A stretch of DNA of 61,245 nucleotides, the filler included. It is 8 parts of 8 records of this genome, joined end to end, with 100 filler letters (N's around TTAATTAATTAA, not from the genome) between each part and the next. Parts side by side here need not be neighbours in the genome. Positions count along the whole stretch, not along the records: positions 5,488 to 12,856 come from SRR31147125_18868; positions 12,957 to 18,272 come from SRR31147125_18878; positions 18,373 to 28,539 come from SRR31147125_18905; 5 more parts are not named here. The stretch is one strand, 5' to 3'. The number at the start of each line of letters is the position of its first letter. Position 1 is the stretch's first letter. Under the pieces are notes generated by a model that was given only the letters and a program-made list of their open reading frames with translations, ran no database searches and was not told the origin of the DNA. Both the position numbers and the translations under genes were made by a program. Shown in pieces: positions 9,247 through 21,137 of this stretch.

Positions 9247-10128
9247 ATGAAAAAGATATTAATCGTAGTTTTAGCTTTAGTGCTAGCTTTTGCAATGTTC
9301 TCAGGCTGTCAAAAAGAAGCTGAACAGGAAGCTACAGAAAAGCCAGTAGTAACAGACGCACCAACAGACGAACCAGAGCCAACAGAAGCTCCTCTATCAG
9401 GCGAAATTACTGTATCAGGCTCAACATCAGTTGAAAAGATTGGTCTAGCACTTGGTGATGAATTTATGGCTATGTATCCAGAAGTTAAGTACACATACCA
9501 AGCTATCGGTTCATCAGGCGGAGTTGGCAACGCTAACGAAAACGTAACAATGCTAGGTACTGCTTCAAGGAACATCAAAGATTCTGAAAAAGAATACGGA
9601 ATGACAGAAGTTGTTTTAGCTTATGATGGTATCGCAGTTGTAGTTAACCCATCAATCACAGTTGATGAACTAACAATGGAACAAGTACAAAGCATTTACT
9701 TGGGTGACATCACAAACTGGTCAGAAGTTGGCGGCGAAGACAAAGAAATCGTTGTTGTATCACGTGAAGATGGTTCAGGTACTCGCGGTGCATTCGAAGA
9801 AATCGTTGATTTTGAAAATGCTCTAACAGATACAGCTACACTAAAAGAAGGTAATGGTGGTGTTCAAGCTTACGTTGCAACTACTGATAATGCAATTGGC
9901 TATGTATCATTCACATGGCTAGACGATTCAATAAAGGATGTTAAAATAGCTGGCGTAGAAGCAACAGTTGAGAACGTATTAGCTAATACATATCCTGTAT
10001 CAAGACCTTTCATGATTGTTTATCATGAAGATAATCTATCAGATGCAGCTAAAGAATTCTTGAACTTTATTACAACAGATATAGCTAAAGAAATCATCGA
10101 AGAAAAAGGTGGAATAGCTGTTGACTAA
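9247..10128 (+). CDS. pstS: Phosphate ABC transporter substrate-binding lipoprotein
   Basis: Lipobox FSGC; GSTSV, GSSGG and SREDGSGTRGAF. Confidence 0.95.
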   Translation: MKKILIVVLALVLAFAMFSGCQKEAEQEATEKPVVTDAPTDEPEPTEAPLSGEITVSGSTSVEKIGLALGDEFMAMYPEVKYTYQAIGSSGGVGNANENVTMLGTASRNIKDSEKEYGMTEVVLAYDGIAVVVNPSITVDELTMEQVQSIYLGDITNWSEVGGEDKEIVVVSREDGSGTRGAFEEIVDFENALTDTATLKEGNGGVQAYVATTDNAIGYVSFTWLDDSIKDVKIAGVEATVENVLANTYPVSRPFMIVYHEDNLSDAAKEFLNFITTDIAKEIIEEKGGIAVD

Positions 10129-10157
10129 TATTAGTAGTACATACTAAACACACTTAT

Positions 10158-10198
10158 GTAGAATATGCGAGCATGAATACTATGCTTGCATATTTTGC
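10158..10198 (+). other. Intercistronic hairpin between pstS and pstC
   Basis: GTAGAATATGCGAGCAT...ATGCTTGCATATTTTGC. Confidence 0.55.
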
Positions 10199-10217
10199 GA
10201 TTAAAGGACGGAAAGAA

Positions 10218-11114
10218 ATGAGAAAGAAAAAGATACATGAACCTGCTGTTGAATGGTTATTTGGAATTTCGTCGGTGATAACAATAGCAGTTTTAGCATT
10301 TATTATTATTTTTATTGTAGAAAAGGGTATTCAGCCATTCCTTCCAACTAACGAAGAGGGCACTTATTCTTTTGTAAAATTCATATCAGGATTAGAATGG
10401 CGACCAAATGACGATTTAAGCAAAGCACAATACGGCATATTGTATATGATTGTAGGCTCTATACTTGGTACACTAGGAGCAATAATAATTGGTGTTCCAA
10501 TTAGCATTTTTACATCAGCTTATCTTTCAGAACTAGCACCCCCAAAAATTAAGAAAATTATTAAATCAGGCATTATGCTGCTAGCTGGCATACCATCCGT
10601 TATTTACGGAATATTTGGAATGGGCTTTATTGTCCCAATAATAACAAAAATATCTCCATACCCCGAAGGAGACTCATTGCTAGCGGTTATTATAGTACTA
10701 ACAATGATGATATTACCTACTATGATTGCAATATCTGAAAATGCAATATCAAGCGTACCAAAAGCATATAGGAGCGCTTCCTATGCATTAGGTGCATCTA
10801 CAGTATACACAACAATGCATGTTGTTGTACCTGCTGCAAGGCGCGGTATATTGGTTGGTGTTGTATTAGGAGTAGGAAGAGCAATAGGCGAAGCAATGGC
10901 TGTTGTATTGGTAGCCGGCAATGTTATTGGCGGATTGCCAACAAGCATATTTGATAAAATTAGACCTTTGACAGTAAATGTTGTTATGGAAATGAGCTAT
11001 GCTGCCGGACTGCACGAAGAAATACTGTTTTCAACAGGTGCAATCCTATTGATATTTATCGTTATTATAAATCTAGTATTGAATAGAATAGTAAAAAGAA
11101 TGGGGCAATATTAA
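10218..11114 (+). CDS. pstC: Phosphate ABC transporter permease
   Basis: LAGIPSVIYG and GRAIGEAMAV; position in the operon. Confidence 0.95.
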   Translation: MRKKKIHEPAVEWLFGISSVITIAVLAFIIIFIVEKGIQPFLPTNEEGTYSFVKFISGLEWRPNDDLSKAQYGILYMIVGSILGTLGAIIIGVPISIFTSAYLSELAPPKIKKIIKSGIMLLAGIPSVIYGIFGMGFIVPIITKISPYPEGDSLLAVIIVLTMMILPTMIAISENAISSVPKAYRSASYALGASTVYTTMHVVVPAARRGILVGVVLGVGRAIGEAMAVVLVAGNVIGGLPTSIFDKIRPLTVNVVMEMSYAAGLHEEILFSTGAILLIFIVIINLVLNRIVKRMGQY

Positions 11115-11116
11115 TT

Positions 11117-12214
11117 ATGAAAGCAAAAGCACAAGATAAAATATTTTATGGTTTGATGTTATTATGCTCCGCATTAGTTGTTGGTGTACTGCTGCTTATT
11201 CTAGGCTATGTTACATATCAAGGTGTAGGTCTTATTGACATGCATTTTCTGACCAGCGACTTTGACCCAAAGACCGCATATGTGGATTTGGAGTGTACTG
11301 ATGGTCTTGAAATAGAAATTGATATAGTAGAGTATGATACCAAGGAGTATATACAAATTACAAAGATTAACAAAGGTTCACCTGTTAGCATCGGTATATC
11401 AAACGGTGAAGAATGGCCAGTGAAAATAGGCGACATTATTAGGCGTATTGATACTGTAAATACAGTAGGAATGACAGTGGATGAATTTAATGAGATAGAC
11501 AGCACAATATCAGGGTCAATAAGACTAAAAATTACCAGACCTGGTGAAGGAATTTTCCCTCTTATGATAAATACTTTTTTAATGATTGGGTTAACATTAC
11601 TTATCTCGCTGCCAATATCAATATTCACCGCTATATATTTAGCAGAATACGCAAAAAAAGGCAAGTTCTTAGAGCTAATCAGGTTTACAATAGGTGCACT
11701 TTCTGGGATTCCTTCCATCGTTTTCGGGCTATTTGGAATGTTAGCATTCGTTATAACATTTAAGTTAGGATATTCATTAATTGCTGGAGCATTTACACTA
11801 TCAATTGTTCTGCTTCCAATATTGATTGGCCAGACTGAGGAAGCAATACGAAGAGTTCCAAATACATTCAGGGAAGGTTCGCTAGCATTAGGTGCAACAA
11901 GACTGCAGACTATATTCAAGGTAATACTTCCAAACTCACTATCTGGTATATTAGTCGGTGTTCTTTTAGGTATTGGACGTATAGTTGCAGAATCAGCTGC
12001 TATTATTCTTACTGCTGGTACAGTTGCACAAATACCTAATTCAGTATTTGAGACTGCTTCAACACTAACAGTTAAAGCATATGCAGTAGCTAAGGAAACA
12101 GGGGATATACGCTTAGCTTGTGCAATGGGTCTAGTAACAATTATAATAATTATTGTAGTTAACGCATCTGTAAAGATTGCAGAACGTTTTGATAAAATGA
12201 GAAATAACACTTAA
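11117..12214 (+). CDS. pstA: Phosphate ABC transporter permease with an inserted PDZ-like domain
   Basis: [22 protein letters not shown] and GRIVAESA; about 90-aa insert after TM1. Confidence 0.93.
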   Translation: MKAKAQDKIFYGLMLLCSALVVGVLLLILGYVTYQGVGLIDMHFLTSDFDPKTAYVDLECTDGLEIEIDIVEYDTKEYIQITKINKGSPVSIGISNGEEWPVKIGDIIRRIDTVNTVGMTVDEFNEIDSTISGSIRLKITRPGEGIFPLMINTFLMIGLTLLISLPISIFTAIYLAEYAKKGKFLELIRFTIGALSGIPSIVFGLFGMLAFVITFKLGYSLIAGAFTLSIVLLPILIGQTEEAIRRVPNTFREGSLALGATRLQTIFKVILPNSLSGILVGVLLGIGRIVAESAAIILTAGTVAQIPNSVFETASTLTVKAYAVAKETGDIRLACAMGLVTIIIIIVVNASVKIAERFDKMRNNT

Positions 12215-12236
12215 AAAGCAAGTAATAGGAGTAAGT

Positions 12237-12856
12237 ATGAGTAAAATAGTTAAACCAAAAATTCAAATAAAAGATTTAGATTTTTACTATAGTGATTTTA
12301 AAGCTTTAAAGAAAGTAAATCTTGATATATTGGATAAAAAAGTGACAGCATTTATTGGACCTTCTGGCTGCGGCAAGTCAACACTGCTTCGCACATTGAA
12401 CAGAATTAACGATTTAATAGAAGGCACCAAAGTAGATGGAAAAGTATTGCTAGATGACGAAGATATCTATCAAGAAAATTATGATGTAATAAGCCTAAGA
12501 ACCAAAGTAGGCATGGTGTTTCAAAAACCTAATCCATTTCCAATGAGTATTTACGACAATGTTGCATATGGATCGAGATTAAATGGTATTAAAGCTAAAT
12601 CACATCTTGATGAAATAGTAGAATCAAGTTTAAAATCAGCTGCTCTATGGGGAGAGGTAAAAGATATTCTTTCAAGAAACGCTTTAAGCTTATCTGGCGG
12701 ACAGCAGCAAAGGCTTTGTATTTCTAGAGCATTGGCTGTTTCACCAGATGTATTATTGATGGATGAACCTACCTCTGCACTGGATACAATTTCTACATTA
12801 AAAATTGAGGACTTGATTGCAGAGCTTAAAAAGGATTATACTATAGCTATAGTTAC
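12237..12856 (+). CDS. pstB: Phosphate ABC transporter ATPase (3' truncated)
   Basis: [32 protein letters not shown] and DEPTSALD. Confidence 0.97.
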
Positions 12857-12956
12857 NNNNNNNNNNNNNNNNNNNNNNNNNNNNNNNNNNNNNNNNNNNN
12901 TTAATTAATTAANNNNNNNNNNNNNNNNNNNNNNNNNNNNNNNNNNNNNNNNNNNN
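12857..12956. other. Artificial contig spacer
   Basis: N44-TTAATTAATTAA-N44. Confidence 0.99.
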
Positions 12957-13737
<781 letters not shown>

Positions 13738-13795
13738 TCAGTTATTGTTTAAAGTCTGCAATAATAAAGGACTCTTCTCTTTAAAGCAATAATAC

Positions 13796-13811
13796 ACCTA
13801 ATCGTTTAGGT
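13796..13811. promoter_or_regulatory. LacI-family operator
   Basis: ACCTAATCGTTTAGGT, a CG-centred near-palindrome downstream of the minus-strand promoter TTGACT-N16-TATAAT (13852-13825). Confidence 0.75.
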
Positions 13812-14019
13812 AAATGTTTGACTAATTATAGCACACCATTTTAAGAAGTCAACGTATATAATCAATATTTTAATAAAAATAGTCACATTTAAGTAAAGGG
13901 TAGTGCAAAAAATATGTGCTAATAGTATTGAGTTTTATAAGTGATGGTAAGTATACTGCCTATCAATATACTTGATAGGGATAAAAACTTAATAATAATT
14001 GCAAGCTATCATCTTTATT

Positions 14020-15042
14020 TTACCTAGGCGTATCTATGGATTGCCGCTCATGTAGTATGCATGGTAATAGAATCTGTTTATCAACAATCCTTTTACGATT
14101 AATTTGCTTAAAAATAATTTCAGCACTTTTTCTGCCCATTTCATTTAGAGGTGATTCTACACTTGATATTGATGATGCATAATCTAGATTGTCATATCCT
14201 ACTAAAGAGATATCCTTACCTACTGTAAGGTTGCGTTCCTTACACCTTTTATTTACACCGATTATCATCATATCATTAAATGCAAAAATTGCAGTAACCT
14301 TTTTATTCAGTAAAATATCTGCATTATTATAGCCGCTCATTTTATCCCATTTTCCAATAACAGTTGTGTCTGGATCATATGTGATTCCATGTTCTTTTAA
14401 GGCTCTGAGATAGCCTTTTAATCGTGATTGAGCATTGTAGCTATTTTTTGGACCTGAAATAACACCGATTTTTCTATGACCTTTGGAAATTAAAAGATTG
14501 GCCACGTCATATCCAGCTTTTTCATCGTCAAATAGTACAGAAGGATATATTGGCTCTTTGGGAAAACAGTAAGCATACACAAAAGGTATATTTATTCTAA
14601 ATGGTAGATACGATATCTCTCTACAATGGTAACCTATGTAAATCATTCCTTCCACTTGCTTTGCCATCATATTGCTGATAACCGTATCAAATAGCTCTTG
14701 ATGCTTAGGGGTGTCAGTAAAATCGTTGTTGTAGCGTTTGTATAGACGCATATTTGCTAAAATAATTTCATAACCATTATTTTCGCAAAACTCATCGATG
14801 CCATCTACAATTTCCGGTGTATTAAATACCGTAAGGTCTTCAGTAATTATGCCAATATTGTTTGTTTTTTTCTGTTTCAAACTCTTAGCAAGTGAATTTG
14901 GTCTATATTGCAGTTTTTCTGCAACTTCGAAAATCTCTTTAGATTTAGCCTGACTGGCAGCACCTGCTTTACCATTTAGCACATTAGATACTGTAGTAGT
15001 AGATACCCCTGTCATTTTCGCTATATCTTTAATTGTTACCAT
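14020..15042 (-). CDS. LacI family transcriptional regulator
   Basis: TIKDIAKMTGVSTTTVSNVLN HTH, YRPNSLAKSL hinge and a sugar-binding domain. Confidence 0.96.
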   Translation of the reverse strand: MVTIKDIAKMTGVSTTTVSNVLNGKAGAASQAKSKEIFEVAEKLQYRPNSLAKSLKQKKTNNIGIITEDLTVFNTPEIVDGIDEFCENNGYEIILANMRLYKRYNNDFTDTPKHQELFDTVISNMMAKQVEGMIYIGYHCREISYLPFRINIPFVYAYCFPKEPIYPSVLFDDEKAGYDVANLLISKGHRKIGVISGPKNSYNAQSRLKGYLRALKEHGITYDPDTTVIGKWDKMSGYNNADILLNKKVTAIFAFNDMMIIGVNKRCKERNLTVGKDISLVGYDNLDYASSISSVESPLNEMGRKSAEIIFKQINRKRIVDKQILLPCILHERQSIDTPR

Positions 15043-15190
15043 ACCGTCTCCTTGTTCTTAATACCAATCTGTTTAATATATTTTTGATGTAATCCACATA
15101 ATTACTTGTTAATTAAATGAAATATTACTTTCAAATATCCTAATATTGTCACTAGCTTAAGTTTACTATGAGTAGATAAATATGTCAATT

Positions 15191-15206
15191 AGTAAAACGA
15201 TTAGTT
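15191..15206. promoter_or_regulatory. LacI-family operator (autoregulatory)
   Basis: Reverse complement AACTAATCGTTTTACT, adjacent to the minus-strand TTGACA-N17-TAAACT promoter of lacI. Confidence 0.6.
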
Positions 15207-15390
15207 TAAAGTAGAGATAGTAATAAGACGTTCAAGGTGAAAAGTTTAATTAAAAGAATTTATTTCAAAAATGCTACAAAAAGCTTTTAACGGTGCAAAA
15301 ATCACCTAAAAAATTGATTAAATTATAAGAATTCAATAATTTTTTTAAAAATACTTTACAAAATAAGAAGTATAGGTATATAATAAGTTT

Positions 15391-15406
15391 ACCTAATCGT
15401 TTAGCC
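15391..15406. promoter_or_regulatory. LacI-family operator
   Basis: ACCTAATCGTTTAGCC just downstream of TTTACA-N18-TATAAT (15355-15384). Confidence 0.75.
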
Positions 15407-15457
15407 AAAACGTTACGCCGTAACGTTTAACCTGAATGCGGATTGGAGAGAGGATAC

Positions 15458-17407
15458 ATGAAGTATATGAATCAGCCTATAAAAATTAAAAACATAGAAA
15501 TTACTGATTCGCTGTTTGGAAATTACGTTGACCTAGTTGCAAAAAAAATAGTTCCTTATCAATGGGATGCACTTAATGATCGCATATCAGATGCAGAGAA
15601 ATCTCATTGTATAGAAAACTTTCGTGTTGCTGCAGGCGAAAAAAGCGGTACACATATGGGAGCAATTTTTCAGGATACTGATCTTTATAAATGGCTAGAA
15701 GCAGTTGCTTATTGTATTGAATACGGTAAGGGCGACGAATTTATAGAAATTGCAGATGATTTAATTGACTTAATAAGTCGAGCGCAGGAGCCAGATGGCT
15801 ATCTAAACACCTATTACACTCTTGCAAAGCCAGATAGAAAATGGAAAAACCTAGCCGAAGGGCATGAACTTTATGGTGCAGGACATTTGATTGAAGCAGC
15901 GGTCGCATACTATAATGCTACCGGAAAGGATGCATTACTTTTAGTTGCTCGACGTTTCGCAGATCTAATTTGTACAGTATTTGGTCCAGATGATGGAAAA
16001 TGCAAAGGCTATCCAGGACATCAAGAGCTAGAGCTTGCATTGGTCAAGTTATATCGTGTTACAGATGAAAAACGTTATTTAGATTTAGCAAATTTCTTTA
16101 TTAAGCAGCGTGGTTCTACTCCAAATTATATTATGGATGAAGTAAATGACAACGGAGGATTTGAGTTTTTTCCTGAATTCCACGAATATGATGATGAATA
16201 TGCACAGGTACACAATTTACCTACAGAGCAGACAACTGCCGAAGGTCACGCTGTACGTGCATTATATATGTACAGCGCAATGGCTGATCTTGCCATTGAA
16301 AATAATAATAAGAAATTAGAAAAAGCATGTAAAACACTTTATGAAAATCTTACAACTCGCCGCATGTACATTACAGGGGGAGTGGGATCTTCTGGCAAGC
16401 TTGAACGCTTTACTGTAGATTATGATTTGCCTAATGACAGAATGTACTGTGAAAGCTGTGCATCTATTGGGTTAATGATGCTTGGTCAGCGTATGGCTAT
16501 ATTAACAAAAGATGCACGATATTATGACACTGTTGAACGTGCACTTTGCAACACAGTGCTAGCTGGTATTTCAAAAACTGGTGATAGTTACTTTTATGTA
16601 AATCCTCTTGAAGTTTGGCCGGATAACTGTAAGGAATCCACCTCTATGTCACATGTTAAACCTGTTCGCCAAAAATGGTTTTCATGTGCATGTTGTCCTC
16701 CTAATATTGCACGTACACTTGCATCATTGGGGCAATATATTTACGCAGCAGACGGCGCAACATTGTTTATTAACCAGTTTATTTCATCTGATATTAGCGC
16801 AAACATACAAGGTAATGACGTAAAAATTTCAATGGATTCGACATATATGCAGGATGGAAGAATACGTATCACAATTGCGCCGTTATCTCCTAAGTTGTTT
16901 ACAATGCGCATACGCATACCTGCCTATTTACAATCTCTGGATATAACATTAAATGGAGAGAAAATGTCACCGAATATTGAAAAAGGCTATCTGGTATTGC
17001 CGGTTTCAAAAGGGGGTGAACAAATTTTAGAAATAAATTCCATAGTTCAGCCTGTATTTGTTGCTGCTAATAAAAACGTCAGAGCCGATTTAGGACGTGT
17101 GGCAATAATGAAAGGACCGTATGTGTACTGCATGGAAGAGGTTGACAACGGAAAAAACCTTCCAAGTATATATGTTATGCCTGAAATGCCGATTAACGAG
17201 GAGCCGCCAATAGACGAGTTACCCGGAAAATTGCCGATGCTTTCCTGCAAAGGTGAGAGACTAACTCAAACTATAGAAGATAGTGATAAATTATATGGCT
17301 TGTCGAAGTTCGAAAAAGAGTCTTTAGAGATCAAGGCTGTTCCATATTGTTTGTGGTGCAACCGTACACCCGGAGAAATGCAGGTATGGATAAGGGTAAA
17401 ACTATAA
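15458..17407 (+). CDS. Beta-L-arabinofuranosidase GH127 (HypBA1-like)
   Basis: FQDTDLYKWLEA, HELY, GHQE, GHAVRA, YCESCAS and CACCPPN motifs. Confidence 0.95.
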   Translation: MKYMNQPIKIKNIEITDSLFGNYVDLVAKKIVPYQWDALNDRISDAEKSHCIENFRVAAGEKSGTHMGAIFQDTDLYKWLEAVAYCIEYGKGDEFIEIADDLIDLISRAQEPDGYLNTYYTLAKPDRKWKNLAEGHELYGAGHLIEAAVAYYNATGKDALLLVARRFADLICTVFGPDDGKCKGYPGHQELELALVKLYRVTDEKRYLDLANFFIKQRGSTPNYIMDEVNDNGGFEFFPEFHEYDDEYAQVHNLPTEQTTAEGHAVRALYMYSAMADLAIENNNKKLEKACKTLYENLTTRRMYITGGVGSSGKLERFTVDYDLPNDRMYCESCASIGLMMLGQRMAILTKDARYYDTVERALCNTVLAGISKTGDSYFYVNPLEVWPDNCKESTSMSHVKPVRQKWFSCACCPPNIARTLASLGQYIYAADGATLFINQFISSDISANIQGNDVKISMDSTYMQDGRIRITIAPLSPKLFTMRIRIPAYLQSLDITLNGEKMSPNIEKGYLVLPVSKGGEQILEINSIVQPVFVAANKNVRADLGRVAIMKGPYVYCMEEVDNGKNLPSIYVMPEMPINEEPPIDELPGKLPMLSCKGERLTQTIEDSDKLYGLSKFEKESLEIKAVPYCLWCNRTPGEMQVWIRVKL

Positions 17408-17460
17408 TCTTATTGAAGTTTATACAGCCGAGGCTACTGTGTAATTAATAATATGAAGAT

Positions 17461-17596
17461 ATTCTCCGGGATTTAGATGAGACGGCTACTATTGACGGTG
17501 CAGGACATATGCGTATACTTACAAGCATTATTGTACCTCTGCGATTAAGCCGGCAACGATAGTTGTAGGACTGTTTATTTTATTACACTATGGAAC
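17461..17596 (+). pseudogene. Remnant of a carbohydrate ABC permease
   Basis: ILRDLDETATIDGAGHMRILTSIIVPL / IKPATIVVGLF / WN: an EAA-loop segment spread over shifted frames with no intact ORF. Confidence 0.7.
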
Positions 17597-17774
17597 TGCT
17601 GCAGCAAACAATATATCACAAACCTGATAAATTTACGATAGCTACTATGAATGTTTTTAAGGAACAAGTCCTATATAGGTAAAAACGATGCAAAACTAAA
17701 AAATAAAGTTTTCGGCACTTCGTTGAAAAAAGCAAGTGCTGAGAGTAAAATAAAAAAGTATGGAGGAAAAATCT

Positions 17775-18272
17775 ATGAAGACAAGGTTGAAAATGATGTT
17801 GTGTTTGATGCTGGCTTTTGTGATGGTATTCAGCCTCGCCGCCTGCAGCAAAGATGCAGTGTCATCTGATGATTCGAGTAAAGAAGACGGAACTGCAGTT
17901 TCTCTAACAGTTTGGAACGAACCAAACGCTGACAAAGAAATGGACTGGTACTACCAATGTGAACAATCGACAGGCATAAATGTTGATGTTACAGTTATTC
18001 CGGAATCAGAATACTCATCTAAGCTAAATCAAATGGTTGCTACTGAGGCTGATGCAGATATTATGGTTATTTGGGAATGTGATATTGCAAACTTTGCTCA
18101 AGCTGAGGGGATACTACCACTAGATGATTACTTAGCAAACTCAAGCATTGATCAAGATGACTTTATTGACGCTGTTGCAGATTTATCTGATGGATTAGGC
18201 GCAGTATACGGTTTACCTTGGTGCGCTGCAACTGAAATTCTTTATTACAATCAAGATATGTTCGATGCTGCT
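17775..18272 (+). CDS. Sugar ABC transporter substrate-binding lipoprotein (3' truncated)
   Basis: GGAGG RBS, lipobox LAAC, and YGLPW...LYYNQDMFDAA. Confidence 0.9.
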
Positions 18273-18372
18273 NNNNNNNNNNNNNNNNNNNNNNNNNNNN
18301 NNNNNNNNNNNNNNNNTTAATTAATTAANNNNNNNNNNNNNNNNNNNNNNNNNNNNNNNNNNNNNNNNNNNN
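18273..18372. other. Artificial contig spacer
   Basis: N44-TTAATTAATTAA-N44. Confidence 0.99.
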
Positions 18373-19108
18373 ATCCGTTTTCGCAATAATACTCGGTTTG
18401 AATTGGCGAATGCGATGCAAAACTTGAAGTAAGATTCGCCATTTGGCCACCGGCATATTTAAAAATCATGCTAATACTTTCTTCTGAACCGGTTGAACTA
18501 AAATCGGCCAAAGTCTTAATGTTTTCAGGAACTCCCAATGCTGTTAGCGCAGCAAATACAGGATAAATACCAATATCGAGCAACGAACCTCCGCCAAGAT
18601 TAACATTGTACAAACGCTTATCCTCTATAAATGGAGCATTAAACGCAAAATCGGAACGTACAATTTTTAAAGCGCCCAGTTCGCCGGACTTAACAATTTC
18701 CATAGCCTTTATAAAACTTGGCTGAAACATGGTCCAGAAAGCCTCCATCAGGAAAGTATTATTTTCTTTCGCGCAGGCTAGCATTTCCTGTACTTCAGAC
18801 GAATTTAAAGCAAAGGCTTTTTCGCATAAAACCGGCTTTTTATGATTAAGGCACAACATAGAATGTTCGCGGTGGTGCGAGTGTGGAGTGGCAACATAAA
18901 CAGCATCCACTTTGGGGTCGTTTACCATTTCTTCGTAACTCCCGTAAGCCACATCAAATTCCCATTTACCGGCAAATTCCTGAGCTCTATTTAAATCGCG
19001 CGAAGCTGCTGCATAAAGGTTGGCGTTGGGTAAAAATTTTAAATCGTTTGCAAATTTATTGGCAATGTGGCCGCAACCAAGAATGGCCCAATTATAGGTT
19101 TTCGACAT
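18373..19108 (-). CDS. Gfo/Idh/MocA family oxidoreductase (3' truncated)
   Basis: WAILGCGHIA, VYVATPH, LCEKAF and GGGSLLDIGIY. Confidence 0.93.
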
Positions 19109-19200
19109 TTTTCTGTTTTTGTTGATTTTGGGTAAAGATAAAAAAATGTTTAAACCGTTATCATTTCACAAACTCACGAAGAATCCACAAGAAAACAGAA

Positions 19201-19602
19201 CTATAATTTTAGAATCTGTGCCGGCTTTCCAATTTCAGAAATCGATGCTGTTGCTTCATCTAAATAAAACACCTCAAAAACCGGATTATTTGGCTCTTTG
19301 TAAATGCCTTTTACCAACGGACTTCTTTCAAATACTTTTTCTTTTATTGTTAAATCGTTGGTAAAAACCACCTTCCCTTCCAGGCGTAACCACGACATTT
19401 TCTCTCCCGATGCACAAAGCTCAACATAAGGTTGTTCCTGTAATTCTTTATAAACAGCTTTTGTGTTGCCGGTACAAAACCAAAGTTTTCCTCCATCTTC
19501 AAACATAAACTGAAATGGTCGAACTTTGGGCTTACCATCTAAACCTATAGTTGCCAAATATTGAACCTGGCTTTTTTCTAAATATTCTGCTACTTTTTGC
19601 AT
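19201..19602 (-). CDS. Pyridoxamine 5'-phosphate oxidase family (FMN-binding) protein
   Basis: YLATIGLDGKPKVRPF and FCTGNTKAVYKEL. Confidence 0.88.
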   Translation of the reverse strand: MQKVAEYLEKSQVQYLATIGLDGKPKVRPFQFMFEDGGKLWFCTGNTKAVYKELQEQPYVELCASGEKMSWLRLEGKVVFTNDLTIKEKVFERSPLVKGIYKEPNNPVFEVFYLDEATASISEIGKPAQILKL

Positions 19603-19619
19603 AATTCTCTTAATTAAAA

Positions 19620-20090
19620 TTATTTCGTTTCCGGCATACGCGAATAATGCACATGAACAAGTTTCCAATCGTTGCCAAACTTTTTTACCACTTGTGTTTC
19701 GCGCCCCATAGTTTGCCTGCTTTTGGGATTCTCTCCTGCTGTTATTGCATTAAATTCCCAGTAAAACTCAATAACTGCCATATCGCCGTAAATGGTAATT
19801 GTTTCCTTTTTACTAAGCAATTCTCTCTTCGAAAACCGCTCTCCAAAAAATTTGTAAACCCTGGTTTTAATGTTCTCCCAGCCAATTACATGACCTGCAG
19901 GATTTATAAAACTAACTTCAGGTGTTGTTAACCAGAAAGTTTTTGCCAAAATAATATCAGCATTGTTAATCGATGTTTTGTAGTTTTCGAGCAATGTCTC
20001 TAATGCTTGCCTGTCGTTTGTTTCTGTATTGTTTTGTCCACTGGCATTTACTGTAAATACCAATAAAATGATAATAACCAGATTTCTCAT
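19620..20090 (-). CDS. Secreted NTF2/SnoaL-like protein
   Basis: Signal peptide; GRETQV...WKLVHVHYS. Confidence 0.8.
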   Translation of the reverse strand: MRNLVIIILLVFTVNASGQNNTETNDRQALETLLENYKTSINNADIILAKTFWLTTPEVSFINPAGHVIGWENIKTRVYKFFGERFSKRELLSKKETITIYGDMAVIEFYWEFNAITAGENPKSRQTMGRETQVVKKFGNDWKLVHVHYSRMPETK

Positions 20091-20253
20091 TTTTACGTCT
20101 TTTAAAATTAAACACTACAAAGATGAAGAGAAAACAAAAGCAGGGAAAGGTAAGTTTACGCCCTTGTGTGATAATTTTCTGCCACAGTGCTTAGGTTACA
20201 CACTTATACTTCGCTCGGTGTGGCCTAGTCAACTTTTCTCTTGAAATATAGAA

Positions 20254-21116
20254 TTAGAACTGTTCCCGAAACTCGGAAGGAGTACAATTATTATGTTTAC
20301 GAAAGTATTTTATAAAATTGGTTGGTTCGTCGTAGCCCAGTTCGTAGGCAATTTCTTTTATGTTTTGATTGCTGTGTACCAAAAGGCGTTTGGCCTCTAA
20401 AAGAATTCGCTCGTCGATTATTTGTTTTGGTGTTTTGTCGAGTATTGTTTTGGTAGCTTTATGCAATTGCTTATCCGAAATGCTTAATTCTGATGCGTAT
20501 TTATTTACCGATTTTTCTTCTCTGAAATTTTTCTCCAACAAATCTTTAAACAGAACCAAATAATCGAGATTGGCGCTGGGTTTTATTTCTTCAAATCCTT
20601 GTTTACGCATTTCGCGCTCGGCCTGAAGTAAAAAAATATGCAGCAGGTTATGAAGAATTTGAAATTGGGCGCTGTCGGGTTCACGCAAAAATTCCTTTTC
20701 CATAGCATTTATGAACACCTTTAACTCCGAATTCTTCGGGTTTACTTTTAGCTGCGCAATTTTATAAAGGTTACTAAAAAGAATGGAGCTGCTTAAAAAG
20801 CATGAATCGTTTTGATTCTTCGAAAAAAGTTATCGGTAAAAATAATTGCTTTGCCATGGTAGCTACCATTTTTATCGAAACGATTTACACTGTTTACAGG
20901 AATAAAAACAATACTATTGTCTTCAATCTTTATGGAATTAAAATCTACAAAATGAGTCCCGCTCCCCTTTTCAATCCAAATTAAATGGTAAAATTGTGCC
21001 CTATGCGGAATAGTCATCATTGCATTTTTAGCCTCCAGCCGTTCATGCAAATCAAGTATTTCGAATTCGTGATTTAATTCGCCACTAAATTGGTATTTCT
21101 TTATTGTTTCCTCCAT
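20254..21116 (-). CDS. AraC family regulator (split by one missing base in the A6 run at 20823-20828)
   Basis: N-terminal PHRAQFY cupin part and C-terminal IAYELGYDEPTNFIKYFRK join seamlessly with one added T. Confidence 0.88.
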
Positions 21117-21137
21117 TTTTCTCTTTACTAATTTTCG

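Noticed and set aside
11218-12210. 330-aa ORF antisense to pstA
   Set aside because: Shadow of a well-supported gene, with no motifs.
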